A stretch of DNA of 64,000 nucleotides from positions 32,001 through 96,000 of IMG/VR virus record IMGVR_UViG_2830247124_000001; one strand, given 5' to 3'. This document shows, one piece after another, positions 56,801 through 62,988 of this stretch. The notes beneath the pieces are model-generated. The model was not told where the DNA came from. It saw only the letters and a program-made list of their open reading frames with translations, and ran no database searches. Position 1 is the first letter of the stretch; every line of letters starts with the position of its first letter. A program made the translations under genes and the position numbers. The stretch is from a virus. Taxonomy: Duplodnaviria > Caudoviricetes.

Positions 56801-59319
56801 ACAGCCTGCTGCGGGAGATCCACCGCAACCGGATTTACGAGGGTCTCTACAGGAACATCCCGACAAGCACAGGCGACAACGGCAGGAACAACCTCACCGG
56901 GTCTTACGCCCGAGAGGTCGCCCCGCCGGAAGAGCGCATCAACTACACGGTTGAGAGCGTCGTGCAGAAGCTCACCAACGAAGGGGTTGATGAGGAACAA
57001 GCCAAATCGGTCCGGGAGACCATTACCGACGAGAACGGAGAGCTTCTCTCGTTCTTCGTCCCGAAGAAGTTCAAGGGGTCCAATGGGTCACCAGACGACA
57101 TCGTCCGGGTCATGGTCGATGGAAAAGAGCGCTGGATGCAGGTTGAGGCCGAGTTCGAAAACGCGCTCGGGAACGGAGACACCAACGCTTCGAAGATCGC
57201 CCAGGGGCTGAATGGAGCCCCTGTTGCGGAGACGTTCAGGTCGATGGCAAACGCCTTCCGTGGGCTTGTCACATCGGAGAACCCGATCTTCGGCGCACTC
57301 AACCTATTCAGAGACCTTCCGACCAGAGCCATTCAGACATTGTCTCAAGGACCAGCCGAGGCGATGGTCGGCATGTTCGGAGCCCTGGAGATCGGTAGGA
57401 ACTTGGTAAAAAAGGATAATGGTAACTACGACCAGCTTATGGAGGACTTCCTGACCAGCGGTGCAGGAATGGCCACCTTGTCGATGGTCGAGCGCCAAAC
57501 CGCCCAGGACGCAGACAGCGTGCGCCGAGCCGCCGCTGGCGGAAAGAGCCAGGGAGCAGGCATACAGGACATGTTGTCCGCGTTCGAGACCTACGCCCAG
57601 GAGAAGAAGGAGGGCGGAAACCCCTCCCTTATGAACGCGCTGAAGCAGGGCCTGGGCCGCCTCAGTCCGCGACGGGCCAGCCAAAACTTCAACAACGCCC
57701 TAGAAAATGCCAACCGGGTCAAGGAATTCAAGGAGGTCCGGAGCAACGTGATGAAGGAGAAGGCCGCCAAGTACGCCGAGGAGAACAACGGCGCAGAGCT
57801 TGCCAACGACCAGGAGGCGTTGAGGAAGGCCAAGCGTGAGGCGGCCCTCAAGGCCGGTCTCCGGGCCCGAGAGGTCGTGATCGACTTCTCCCGTACCGGA
57901 AGCTGGGGCCGGATTGCCAACCGCTACGTTCCCTTCTTCAACGCGGCCCTCCAGGGGTACGACGTCGTGAAGCGAACCATCCGACAAAACCCCGGTCGGG
58001 CCGCGAAGATGATCGGACTGACGCAGGTCGTCCCCTCGATATTCGTTGCCGCACTGAACGCAGGCAACAAGTATTACGAGGAAGAAGACGACTTTACGAA
58101 GGACCGGTTCTGGCTTCTGCCCAACCCTGCCGGGGACCACGACTCGGAGGGCACGGCCATGGACTTCATCCGGATTCCGAAGCCCCACATCTACGGGGCG
58201 TTCGGCTCGGCAGTTGAGCGGTTCGTCAACTACGGAATGAAGGAAGGGCACATTAGCGAGGGAGACCTCCTCGGCCTGCTGGAAGGATTCGGCGACCGCG
58301 TTCGGCGCGGGCAGGAGTCCGGATTCGTCCAGTCGGTTGGCGCTCAGTTGCCGTTCAACGTAGCCCGACCAATCGAAGAAGGGCCGGTCCGTGGGACGGC
58401 ACTCTCCGCGATTGACTTCTTCGGTGTCCACCCACTTCTAACAGTTGGAGAGCACGCGGTCAACTACTCCGTCTTCCAGGGCCGAGAGATCGTTCCAGAG
58501 GGAGACAAGAGCCGGTTGGAGCCCTACCTCACCTATTCGGAGACTTCCTCTAAGACCGCACGAGAGGTGGCCGACGCGGCAAATCAGATGGGCGTTCAGA
58601 TGTCTCCCCGAGTGGTGGACCATTACATCGACGGCCTGTTTGGCACCGGTGGACGGATTGCGGTTAGCTCCATCTCGGACAACGCACTCAACGCCACGAC
58701 CGGCGCAGACTCCGACAACATCAAGACGATCAAGAACAAGGCTGTCCAGGAGCTTCAGTCCGGAGAGGCAGACCCGTCGGAGCTAAAGATGAGCTACGAA
58801 GGATACAAGCCCGACGGCAGGCGGGAGACCTCCACCCTATCGTTCCCGGACCTTGGGTTTATGATCGACCCGCTGACCAAGAGCTTCGTTGCCGGGGACC
58901 AGTTCCGTGGCAGCAAGTCGGTGTCTCGGGCCTACCGGCACGTCAACCGCGCTAAGAAGAAAGCCAGCAGCCTCGAAGACATGGTCAAGAAGGGCCGCCC
59001 GAAGAGCGAAATCCGAGAGTACATCGAGGACAACCTCCTGGCCATCCAGCTAGGTGGGGCCGGGTCTGAGGGCGGCGGCCTCGCCAGCGACGTGAGGCAG
59101 GAGCTTATGGACCTTCAGAACCAGAAGAAGAAGCTGCTCGGTGCTGGGTTCGACGAGAAGAGCGCGACTGAGAAGCTGGGAATGCTGCAAGGCATCTGGC
59201 TCAAGCAGGTCGAGATGACCAGAGACTTCAACGAGAAGGTCAACGGCGAGATGGACAAAATCCACGAGGGCAAGATCGATACCGGCGAGATTGCCGACGA
59301 CGTGGTCAGCGACCTGTAA
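44872..59319 (+). CDS. 4815-aa large polyvalent (ejected) protein
   Basis: HEIVH and HEIAGH zincin motifs, EEIQSDW block, ART-like F..WFG...YHGT...GFDG block, C-terminal DFSR.G...PFFNA.LQG...RIPKP (LPD38-like). Confidence 0.85.
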   Translation: MPTPNNQNSSSNQNSSTAQTDEEPSPDGGNYYGPSEDPLDELRGQNGEPTPSNSTGSSDGTKIDPANSPALYESLGVDPLDFGQEIQETDGGTERVETKPQTVDTSTDPIDRNTEQILNAAANGNMPEAPEVDVEPLERPDDSGPLHFTRKWFGEELQETMDPSNLAGFNDMSDKEVINYVAEQRPDFVERGVIDPENPKESLQNVDQYFRKRVQQRQRKTAHGTYFPELRNHLVATTGKEATEASDEKLVKMYADKHYENQGPTDVADVIDDMIADGKKRQEDMMENSDNVQRASSPKEFIDLTNKLEQHHENAEKEGFKPDMVVTYTDPDTGADLMFASPERADRYQKKMRNRSLDRVDRGPIEEFLVGATARAGIDMADLFTEIGQYGVRVANQAGAETEDTVNAMEDFQKNMQSIRQSGSVRQSDDIGDLEVYEEDDSWYMPSGGALTDANWWASTVGEVTGLSVPGIGAAGAGMKLGSKLFKGMKFFGRASRLEKIQDAGKLVNKAEVTDGMIRKAKGLEMAAKTGTAAAMYEMPLETGEALKTLYRENDNPSAGEQAIAIGSGLVSGWIGTIGDAAFADALKKSLGREFGEEIPDAAKKSATRAVMSRLGTEVKKFGGTLPVETSTEITQEVTKDVAKQFSTEGYDSFEAFWEDNREKYAEVTAGSIGLTAFMGGIGAGPSSVRAGMKGMKEHSIGVLEQMHDDEALAEYGGFGFYERRRGKGLEVRVEASRLQDKETIENVRQRFEEENVDGDVDIEVFNGTRRVEKVSGFGELLKKTPEIMRKVKRGDAVKVDGMNLSPSRIDAVEDPGTEPQTSATEGRRNQYETPLGRTYEGENAKERANEAAKHEKYEGSVIEDGGTKYLISRVRTGEDGGDPQFTGKALDGSGDTISPSEISDDQVVSWRSQTQDIDSELTQELDDVSGIDLVNPDEQTQKDVISLVDGALDRGDISEEKAEELKGKMRQYRAVQSTLGEDNQVPAVQETARETRDQLKTELDEEFKNLVEMRDSDSSDAATGEDVTTEDATTGEDVTTGEDVTTGEDVTGEDVTATDTDVGEADVEAQQDVEDPLNGIEPMGDQEAGGIDYGKGKLDEWTQENPDIESDTAEKLENASNEELETLVRSTAAFIQNRRVTGSQRDVDNVIETLKDKKDGDSAEGDFLVTQLPDAMAALRELRRRAQKEAEKQGDSTSADSNNSTSSAEDTGGTAENPGAETANQPISKQIDQTESSQRGNDIDPDPSKQTWSPADRGESGDVIYGPQDERAKIESMNPPSGGNGVSYDVTPESDANTTKTVQKSDGWTKVHPDDRGETKTNPTPSGNTGSPSVKQQVADALANFMDNTPEAVQDRRQEFSDSLPSEWSVNRVVRDANAAGTVFERQMDEGETADSPVDYWEVETPDGSFLLPQPQQGGFNEFGNVDDNAGTNNDINFGVEEDQAVSDPSSIEPVPTEDIVGTQTENTSDTQNTDEADTGDAEPQGSQSAVDNVKETFMNFLSSEDTRTKSFEEFKTFVEENLSGATAKQVEYARDKANMQVVEDADNGVPYYQVDYNGESYVFPKPLNDNELDRVGTIFDGDARSIDEITDVTPATLEGGGPLVSETGSVSTASSEASSDSGETSTEDNQTEDSGTEDTGDTSQDTDQDTDQDTETDDTETDTEGDTFEERESFTDFAEELGLGDRYGFLHKIADNLNPLTVRLADESEFSADTTNAVYDPESRTIYVKRGRSAEEVNETLAHEIVHAIAVAEGAYNTSKVKKEAKTIASDVVAKLEERAKEVAERDNIESLDEGQTLLGKAERHLNGIARKVASGEMDFSEMFTYALTDPDIAAVLDSLPAERDVSTSDTMWTKMKNIIKDAIASVASKSRFVGEDVGPSELDRVESLLNINELAPDGALENESFKQELDRKQRKRKRRVEDGRVSQSAADQTWSTSDEDILFGPDGQRGTVQKSAFGTFDVLTESNGLVKVEKDSGWTKIPQDSTQEAAEDNQYMQNEGDHVATPMKTAESADPGNADEAITDDPVVYRSALKAAEENGTPVRVIENGSGSTTEEEVLVLDESGREVDSITRTELKNNYGITEGTQVESPSDRNLTSEEISQISAEFSAFLDETDADLSDPSEVQEAYDEYRSGDGDVEVQTRTVYAETVGGKTVIRQNSSDAVSDARTNSVTKYRVFNVGGAEFITPTKRGNSYAGTALLSEFGNADYSNQTFDPAVTTPVEPYTTLIDATGQRVAMGYGTSIQHLLDQENGAKQAKTVGELTLTNDPETRPSVKELKDEYQRQDSTVSEAKEKIAEIESQANNPEENSSYQEAQGRRQEAMENKKALVEHLENRIYDGNRKYEGRGEDVLSGREGPSNTTRRVSSGRQVLESQEASETAERSDAREEVRQLLGEESLGMRPEAVRKVTEQLRSMWANMPKVQVLGFASELPTHVKKKAGARLGAVEGHYDPVSGKVFLVSNNLATAQHAAKVALHEIAGHHGLRNVISAEQFNPVMKEAFRALEGQVLESDGTLRRAESGERESTLLRVVSRGRDIDLSTDEGKAAAAEEAMARLAETAPQTTVLADVWNKIYRMVRRAIRPVANAAGFDEMTMSDGEIRSILANARGSLGTKGTTFTIGSDTTAEHPWHEMGFKMSGPTYYSRMADVILNPDDKVNQKFRNGNEVSPSTMKSLLESVQNGRFKKAELEAIGIMDWLDSLEEDVGLEDVQEFIEEHQIHIEEEVVLSKEENRLNRADRALEEARQQVTDAENEAEQAQETLDSESYEITQELISTLEEEFNTDRAESVGASLQGVVDQAVSQNDPSMIVDLLDDLGDVSDEVTGHMMDMFSLVETYLGAQERLSEAREQMSEAETEQRRAQANYDEAVERDRWMNIQYSTYGLDGGESPMNIVLRLPDTVATRRIERKIADIDGRLEDIVDTDRADVTAEEQEALQERYDQLRQEKRDLTQQLENEQYSTSHFEDNNVLAHIRTNVREVNGFKTLFVEEIQSDWVQDGRDKGFRKTQMEAEEKVSELMEELDALEEERREIVDNSTFERTDEQQARLDENRRKEEDLINEVQELRDVAEGTSDSVPDLPDVLKQNWYNLTAKRVMLHAAKNGFDTVAWTTGDQQADRYHLGDQFTELRYEEGRLTGVKEYNGNEIRFNLEETASGIGEQTALEDIVGETLAQDLRQEYQRTGEEVTRSGREEIDNVDRRNGMQEFYDNKLWNVFSDFTEKYGGQAAPAESGEFAVGPNGENNVHAATVPEEMKNQLPESGVPLFSLSSSQVTSENFKEWFGDWQNIGERSSRAVDQTTGEPQVYYHGTSQDFVEFESETGLRWATPSSKNAQTYSERSAEKTDGTGQNIMPVFVNTKNPLMLMELGHRASLPEIVAEINRQTPQDNNIIAETQQSYQDIQLAMLDNGIPRDVLSQEQIPVFAVVESGGIAGTLKVSGFDGIQLTDMDSDGMVHEAMATFEKSQFKSATANNGNFSDGEGNILKSENAEEVSESTGASDNLGRDREGPGAESPLNPETIVGEIRNMLSQMKVVGSEAHDRVKDFLIERGEQAMVDPNGRIVIESFQDVRTISEMVGEYLYYEWRDAIQGDLMAASPEQISAAFEELENIARNIDRVNDEMDAEAARTLAFSKLLGDHLLRGRDTSGVAPELTKLFESFADKYNLEQNFYHVQDMFLSLDDQGKLDRFDAKVAMTEENGSIGKEVFKDPVGAAKEWMQEASKWALKKQEQWYEMMYDQYYPIYVMMRDMNGGAMPDTVEENFYLHARMQHGAEALAKVFLENGVRTLDGRSLGNSMTDALAPVSETQRMYRDFARYAVARRAKELHEQKRRDEDAEGPSRPDDFEVKIPEDEADAKIEQLFADESETFQQGTENERSGLNYNKSDFEQAFKDLQEYNSALLDYAVDEGYLNENEADAMKEMNKAYVPWQRVMDTDEAKKNVDAGSDDGLDVFEGGSKDLVIDNPLKSIVANTHSLLREIHRNRIYEGLYRNIPTSTGDNGRNNLTGSYAREVAPPEERINYTVESVVQKLTNEGVDEEQAKSVRETITDENGELLSFFVPKKFKGSNGSPDDIVRVMVDGKERWMQVEAEFENALGNGDTNASKIAQGLNGAPVAETFRSMANAFRGLVTSENPIFGALNLFRDLPTRAIQTLSQGPAEAMVGMFGALEIGRNLVKKDNGNYDQLMEDFLTSGAGMATLSMVERQTAQDADSVRRAAAGGKSQGAGIQDMLSAFETYAQEKKEGGNPSLMNALKQGLGRLSPRRASQNFNNALENANRVKEFKEVRSNVMKEKAAKYAEENNGAELANDQEALRKAKREAALKAGLRAREVVIDFSRTGSWGRIANRYVPFFNAALQGYDVVKRTIRQNPGRAAKMIGLTQVVPSIFVAALNAGNKYYEEEDDFTKDRFWLLPNPAGDHDSEGTAMDFIRIPKPHIYGAFGSAVERFVNYGMKEGHISEGDLLGLLEGFGDRVRRGQESGFVQSVGAQLPFNVARPIEEGPVRGTALSAIDFFGVHPLLTVGEHAVNYSVFQGREIVPEGDKSRLEPYLTYSETSSKTAREVADAANQMGVQMSPRVVDHYIDGLFGTGGRIAVSSISDNALNATTGADSDNIKTIKNKAVQELQSGEADPSELKMSYEGYKPDGRRETSTLSFPDLGFMIDPLTKSFVAGDQFRGSKSVSRAYRHVNRAKKKASSLEDMVKKGRPKSEIREYIEDNLLAIQLGGAGSEGGGLASDVRQELMDLQNQKKKLLGAGFDEKSATEKLGMLQGIWLKQVEMTRDFNEKVNGEMDKIHEGKIDTGEIADDVVSDL
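47941..48045 (+). repeat. in-frame tandem repeat (T/G)EDVTT
   Basis: About 6 imperfect 15-18-nt units encoding GEDVTT. Confidence 0.8.
55837..55854. promoter_or_regulatory. 18-bp palindromic site, intragenic
   Basis: CTCACAAAATTATTTGAG inside the 4815-aa gene. Confidence 0.6.
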
Positions 59320-59522
59320 ATCAGCGACCGGCAAAGACGTTACATACGAAATTTCCCACCCACGCCTTGGTAGCCGCAGAATGATGTCAAGGGGTTGGCA
59401 CTGCGGCTACCTGGGACCGGTGGGATTCGGATCACTCAGGCCCCGAGCCTGTACAATTTAACAAGATGGAATTCTAACAACGACCTCCAGTTACGGGATG
59501 TTATGTTCAGTCGTACTCACTC

Positions 59523-60110
59523 ATGATCGGATCTTGGGAAACTTTAACGCTTGTTGTCGGCGCTCTTGTGGGCGTCGGTAAATTGCTTTGGGACGTTTTG
59601 AAGAGGTTTATCAACTGGAGAGGACACACCCTCTCAGAAAAAAACTCCCGGCGAGTAGAAGAGCAGCGGATACAATCAGAAGAAGACCGGCTGATATACA
59701 AGGACCTCCGAGACCGCGTCAACCGCCAAGACAAAGAGATCCGGAAGATCCGTGATGACCTCCACGAGTGGAAGGACCAGTATTACGAACTGCACACCAC
59801 AAGCCAAGAAATGAAAGTGCAGAATAAGATTCTCAGCAAGTCGAATAGGAAGCTCCAGAGAGCGCTCAACGTGCTCCGGAACTACCTGCAAAAGATCACG
59901 ACACGCCTTTCAGATTACGAGGACATCCCTGCCCCGCCCCAGGTTGCGCAGGATACGTTCGCCATGGGGATCGACGAGGAGATTTTAGACGACATTGCGA
60001 ACCCAAATATCGACACGTCAAGTGTTCTCGGAGAAGAGGACATCCCCAACGAGGATGACTTTGGGTACAACGAACCACCCTCCACGAGCGAGAACGGAAC
60101 CTCAGAATAA
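59523..60110 (+). CDS. single-TM coiled-coil protein (holin/spanin-like)
   Basis: N-terminal TM plus coiled coil. Confidence 0.55.
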   Translation: MIGSWETLTLVVGALVGVGKLLWDVLKRFINWRGHTLSEKNSRRVEEQRIQSEEDRLIYKDLRDRVNRQDKEIRKIRDDLHEWKDQYYELHTTSQEMKVQNKILSKSNRKLQRALNVLRNYLQKITTRLSDYEDIPAPPQVAQDTFAMGIDEEILDDIANPNIDTSSVLGEEDIPNEDDFGYNEPPSTSENGTSE

Positions 60111-60119
60111 CCCCCTCCA

Positions 60120-60827
60120 ATGACCAAGATCATCAAGGCGCTCAACATTCTTCGCGGATCGCTGAGGTGGGTAGTCCTCGGTAGCGTCCTGGCCCTCCTG
60201 GCTTACGGCGCGTTCACGTTTCTTCCGGAAACCGGATCCGCCCCTACGAAAGTCTCCAGCAGCGGGGATTCGATGTACGTGGCCCCCTCTCCCCTCTCAT
60301 TTCTTGAAAACGGGCAGGTCCTCACCACCGACAAAGACGGAAACACCCAGTCCCACGGGGACACCCCGGAGGACAAAGAGCCCGGAGGCACCCTGCGCAT
60401 CGGGCCCGAGAGCGACAGCACCGGCCCCGCAGTACACGCGAACAAGCAGTTCGTTGAGCTTGCAATCGAGAGGGACCGCAACTCCTGGTTCCCTGACTTG
60501 AAGAGCAGTTCTCGCCCGGTGCGAACGCTCAACCAATCGAACCAGAAGGTAGTCTACACCCCGCCATCGAAAGGATTCATTGAATGGGACTTGAGACCGT
60601 CACTCGGATTTGGAGTTGTGTCGATGCACCCGTCCGTCGTCGCCGGGGCCTCCCCGCTGCGCGTCGGGCCTGTTAGACTGGGCCCATACGTGTCCGTCCC
60701 CACGAGAAAGGACGGCAAGGCTGCCGTCATGCTGGACCTCAGCACTCGTTTTTTTGACCACTTAGAGACCGGCATCGGCGTGACACACCGACAAAATCTT
60801 GCGTTCAGCGTAAGGTACCGGTTCTAA
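60120..60827 (+). CDS. membrane protein, candidate spanin
   Basis: N-terminal TM; C-terminal amphipathic beta strands ending YRF. Confidence 0.55.
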   Translation: MTKIIKALNILRGSLRWVVLGSVLALLAYGAFTFLPETGSAPTKVSSSGDSMYVAPSPLSFLENGQVLTTDKDGNTQSHGDTPEDKEPGGTLRIGPESDSTGPAVHANKQFVELAIERDRNSWFPDLKSSSRPVRTLNQSNQKVVYTPPSKGFIEWDLRPSLGFGVVSMHPSVVAGASPLRVGPVRLGPYVSVPTRKDGKAAVMLDLSTRFFDHLETGIGVTHRQNLAFSVRYRF

Positions 60828-60840
60828 CAACACATTCTAT

Positions 60841-62289
60841 ATGAAGGTTGACTCCCCTACATTTCGTAAAATCAAAGACCTGTATGGGTACCCAATCTAC
60901 AAAGGACACGTAGGTCGCCGGGTGCTGATGCGGGAGTTCGACCTCTCTCGAACAGAAGCCGAAGAGGTGCTGGAGGCCATCCGCGAGCCGTCCGTGGACC
61001 CGGAGGCCGTCGTGGTCATCGACTCCATCGACGAGGTCGAGTATGACGCGGAGAAGGGGCGCTACGTTTTCCACGGAGAGGACCCGTTCGGAGAACCCAC
61101 CTCCGTCACGAAACCGGAGGAGGACGTCCAGTCGATGAAGAAGGACTACACGATGAGGGGCTATACTCAGAAGGAGACGGCCATCAACAACGGGCTGGAT
61201 CCAGTCATCTTCACCGAGATCCGGAAGGCCATGGACTGGACGCACGACTCGGTCCCGGCCACCGAGGAGGAGCTTAAAGACCAGAGCGCAGAGGAGGCCG
61301 CCGAGCGTTTGGCCCTGGAGCAGAAGAAGTCCGAGACGCGCAAAGAGATTGAGAAGGTCAAGAACCGGGAGATCCGGAAAGACGCTGAGAACTGGAGGAA
61401 GTTCGATCAGGTCGTTCTCAAAAAATTATGTGAGAAGATCCCCTCCGACGCTGTTGCCCCCCAGGCAAAGCGGATTTACAGCCCCGACCAGGACAAGGAC
61501 CTGAAGGCGGCGGTTGTCCCGAGCTTCGACATTCACTACGGGAAGCAGGGGATCCTGAACATACACGACGACCTGGACCCCTTCGGGCGCAAAGATGCCG
61601 AGCAGCGCTTGATTGAAAGCACCGAGCGCCTGATCGAGGACCTGACCCGGTTCAACACAGAGAAGATATATCTGGCCTTCGGGTCGGACTTTTTCCACGT
61701 AGACAATCACGGCGGCACCACCACGGGCCGTTCGGTCAACGAGGGCACGGTGCAGGACATGGACGGCACGCCCGAGCAGATATTCACCGACGGCTGTGAT
61801 CTGATGAGGGTACACGTCGATATGCTGCGCCAGATCGCTCCCATCGACGGGTTCGTGGTTCCCGGAAATCACGACAGGATGCTCTCGATTGCCTTGATGA
61901 AGTACATGGAGGGGGTCTTCGAAAACGCCACTGACATTCAAATCGACGGAGACGTCCGGAGCCGGAAGTACCGATCCTACGGGGAAACCCTGATGGGCTT
62001 CGATCACGGCGACGGTCTCCGAAGCGGAGACATCAAGTCCGTGCTCCTAGACGAGGCCAGAGACATGATGGCGGGCACCAGCGAGACGGTGTTCTTCACC
62101 GGCCACAAGCACCACGAAGTGAAGGAGGACCTGGGAGGGGTCACGACTTATCAGGTCGGTAGCCCCTCGGGGGACGACCGGTACCACGACATCAACGCAT
62201 ACGTCGCAGCACGCGAGCAGTCAACCGCTTTCCTCTTAGACAAGGAGCGAGGAATGCACGCTCACCTCAATTACCCGTCGGCCATTTGA
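60841..62289 (+). CDS. calcineurin-like metallophosphoesterase with N-terminal helical region
   Basis: DIHYG, GSDFFHVD, GNHD, HGD, GHKHH. Confidence 0.88.
   Translation: MKVDSPTFRKIKDLYGYPIYKGHVGRRVLMREFDLSRTEAEEVLEAIREPSVDPEAVVVIDSIDEVEYDAEKGRYVFHGEDPFGEPTSVTKPEEDVQSMKKDYTMRGYTQKETAINNGLDPVIFTEIRKAMDWTHDSVPATEEELKDQSAEEAAERLALEQKKSETRKEIEKVKNREIRKDAENWRKFDQVVLKKLCEKIPSDAVAPQAKRIYSPDQDKDLKAAVVPSFDIHYGKQGILNIHDDLDPFGRKDAEQRLIESTERLIEDLTRFNTEKIYLAFGSDFFHVDNHGGTTTGRSVNEGTVQDMDGTPEQIFTDGCDLMRVHVDMLRQIAPIDGFVVPGNHDRMLSIALMKYMEGVFENATDIQIDGDVRSRKYRSYGETLMGFDHGDGLRSGDIKSVLLDEARDMMAGTSETVFFTGHKHHEVKEDLGGVTTYQVGSPSGDDRYHDINAYVAAREQSTAFLLDKERGMHAHLNYPSAI
61417..61434. promoter_or_regulatory. 18-bp palindromic site, intragenic
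   Basis: CTCAAAAAATTATGTGAG. Confidence 0.55.
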
Positions 62290-62312
62290 GTCGGCACCAA
62301 CCCACACCAACA

Positions 62313-62939
62313 ATGAAAGCACAGAATCCACTCATGCGGCTTTCCCAGGACTCCGGGGAAGTGCGCGATACCGCGTCCCCAGAGCAGGTCGATAAGATGG
62401 CAGACGAGAATCAGGCCCGGAAGTCCCCGGAGCGCCAGCCTGCCCCACGCCAGCAGCAGCCCAAACGGTCCGGGCCCTCTTCCGAGTCAGGCGACGCGAT
62501 GCCGAGCAAGGGAGAGATGAAGCGCCTGATGCAGGAGTTTCCCACGCCACAGACGGCTCTTCTTGCGGCCAGTTGGGGAGAGAACGCGACCAAGAACTGG
62601 ATGGAAAGCGGCGCGGACCCCAGTAAGATTCCGGAGAAGGACAAGCAGTTCGTTTCCGAGATGCTTCCGAAGATGAAGCGGGGATCAGACGCGCCCGTCG
62701 AAAGCAGGCGCGTTGTCCAGGGAGCCGATGGTGGCCCCTCCGCTCAGGAGGCTAAGATGGCCCGCATAAAGGCGCGGGAGGAGATGATGGCCGGTGCCGT
62801 GTCTCAAGGGGCGAAGGACCGCTCCGCTGCGCGTGAAGCTGCACGCGGGCAGTTGCGACAAATGCGCGGAGAGCAGGCCCGCCAGCAGACCCAGACGCCT
62901 GAAGTGAGGCGCAGTGCCCCAGATCAGGGCCGCGCTTAA
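62313..62939 (+). CDS. hypothetical protein
   Basis: Start trimmed to MKAQNPLM. Confidence 0.7.
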   Translation: MKAQNPLMRLSQDSGEVRDTASPEQVDKMADENQARKSPERQPAPRQQQPKRSGPSSESGDAMPSKGEMKRLMQEFPTPQTALLAASWGENATKNWMESGADPSKIPEKDKQFVSEMLPKMKRGSDAPVESRRVVQGADGGPSAQEAKMARIKAREEMMAGAVSQGAKDRSAAREAARGQLRQMRGEQARQQTQTPEVRRSAPDQGRA

Positions 62940-62988
62940 AGCCCTTCTCGTTTCGATACTGCTCACTACCTCTATAACCCAGACCCCC

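Noticed and set aside
18250-58431. Long minus-strand ORFs inside structural genes (e.g. 18250..19254, 23698..24957, 45340..46995)
   Set aside because: They are high-GC antisense shadows with no recognisable motifs.
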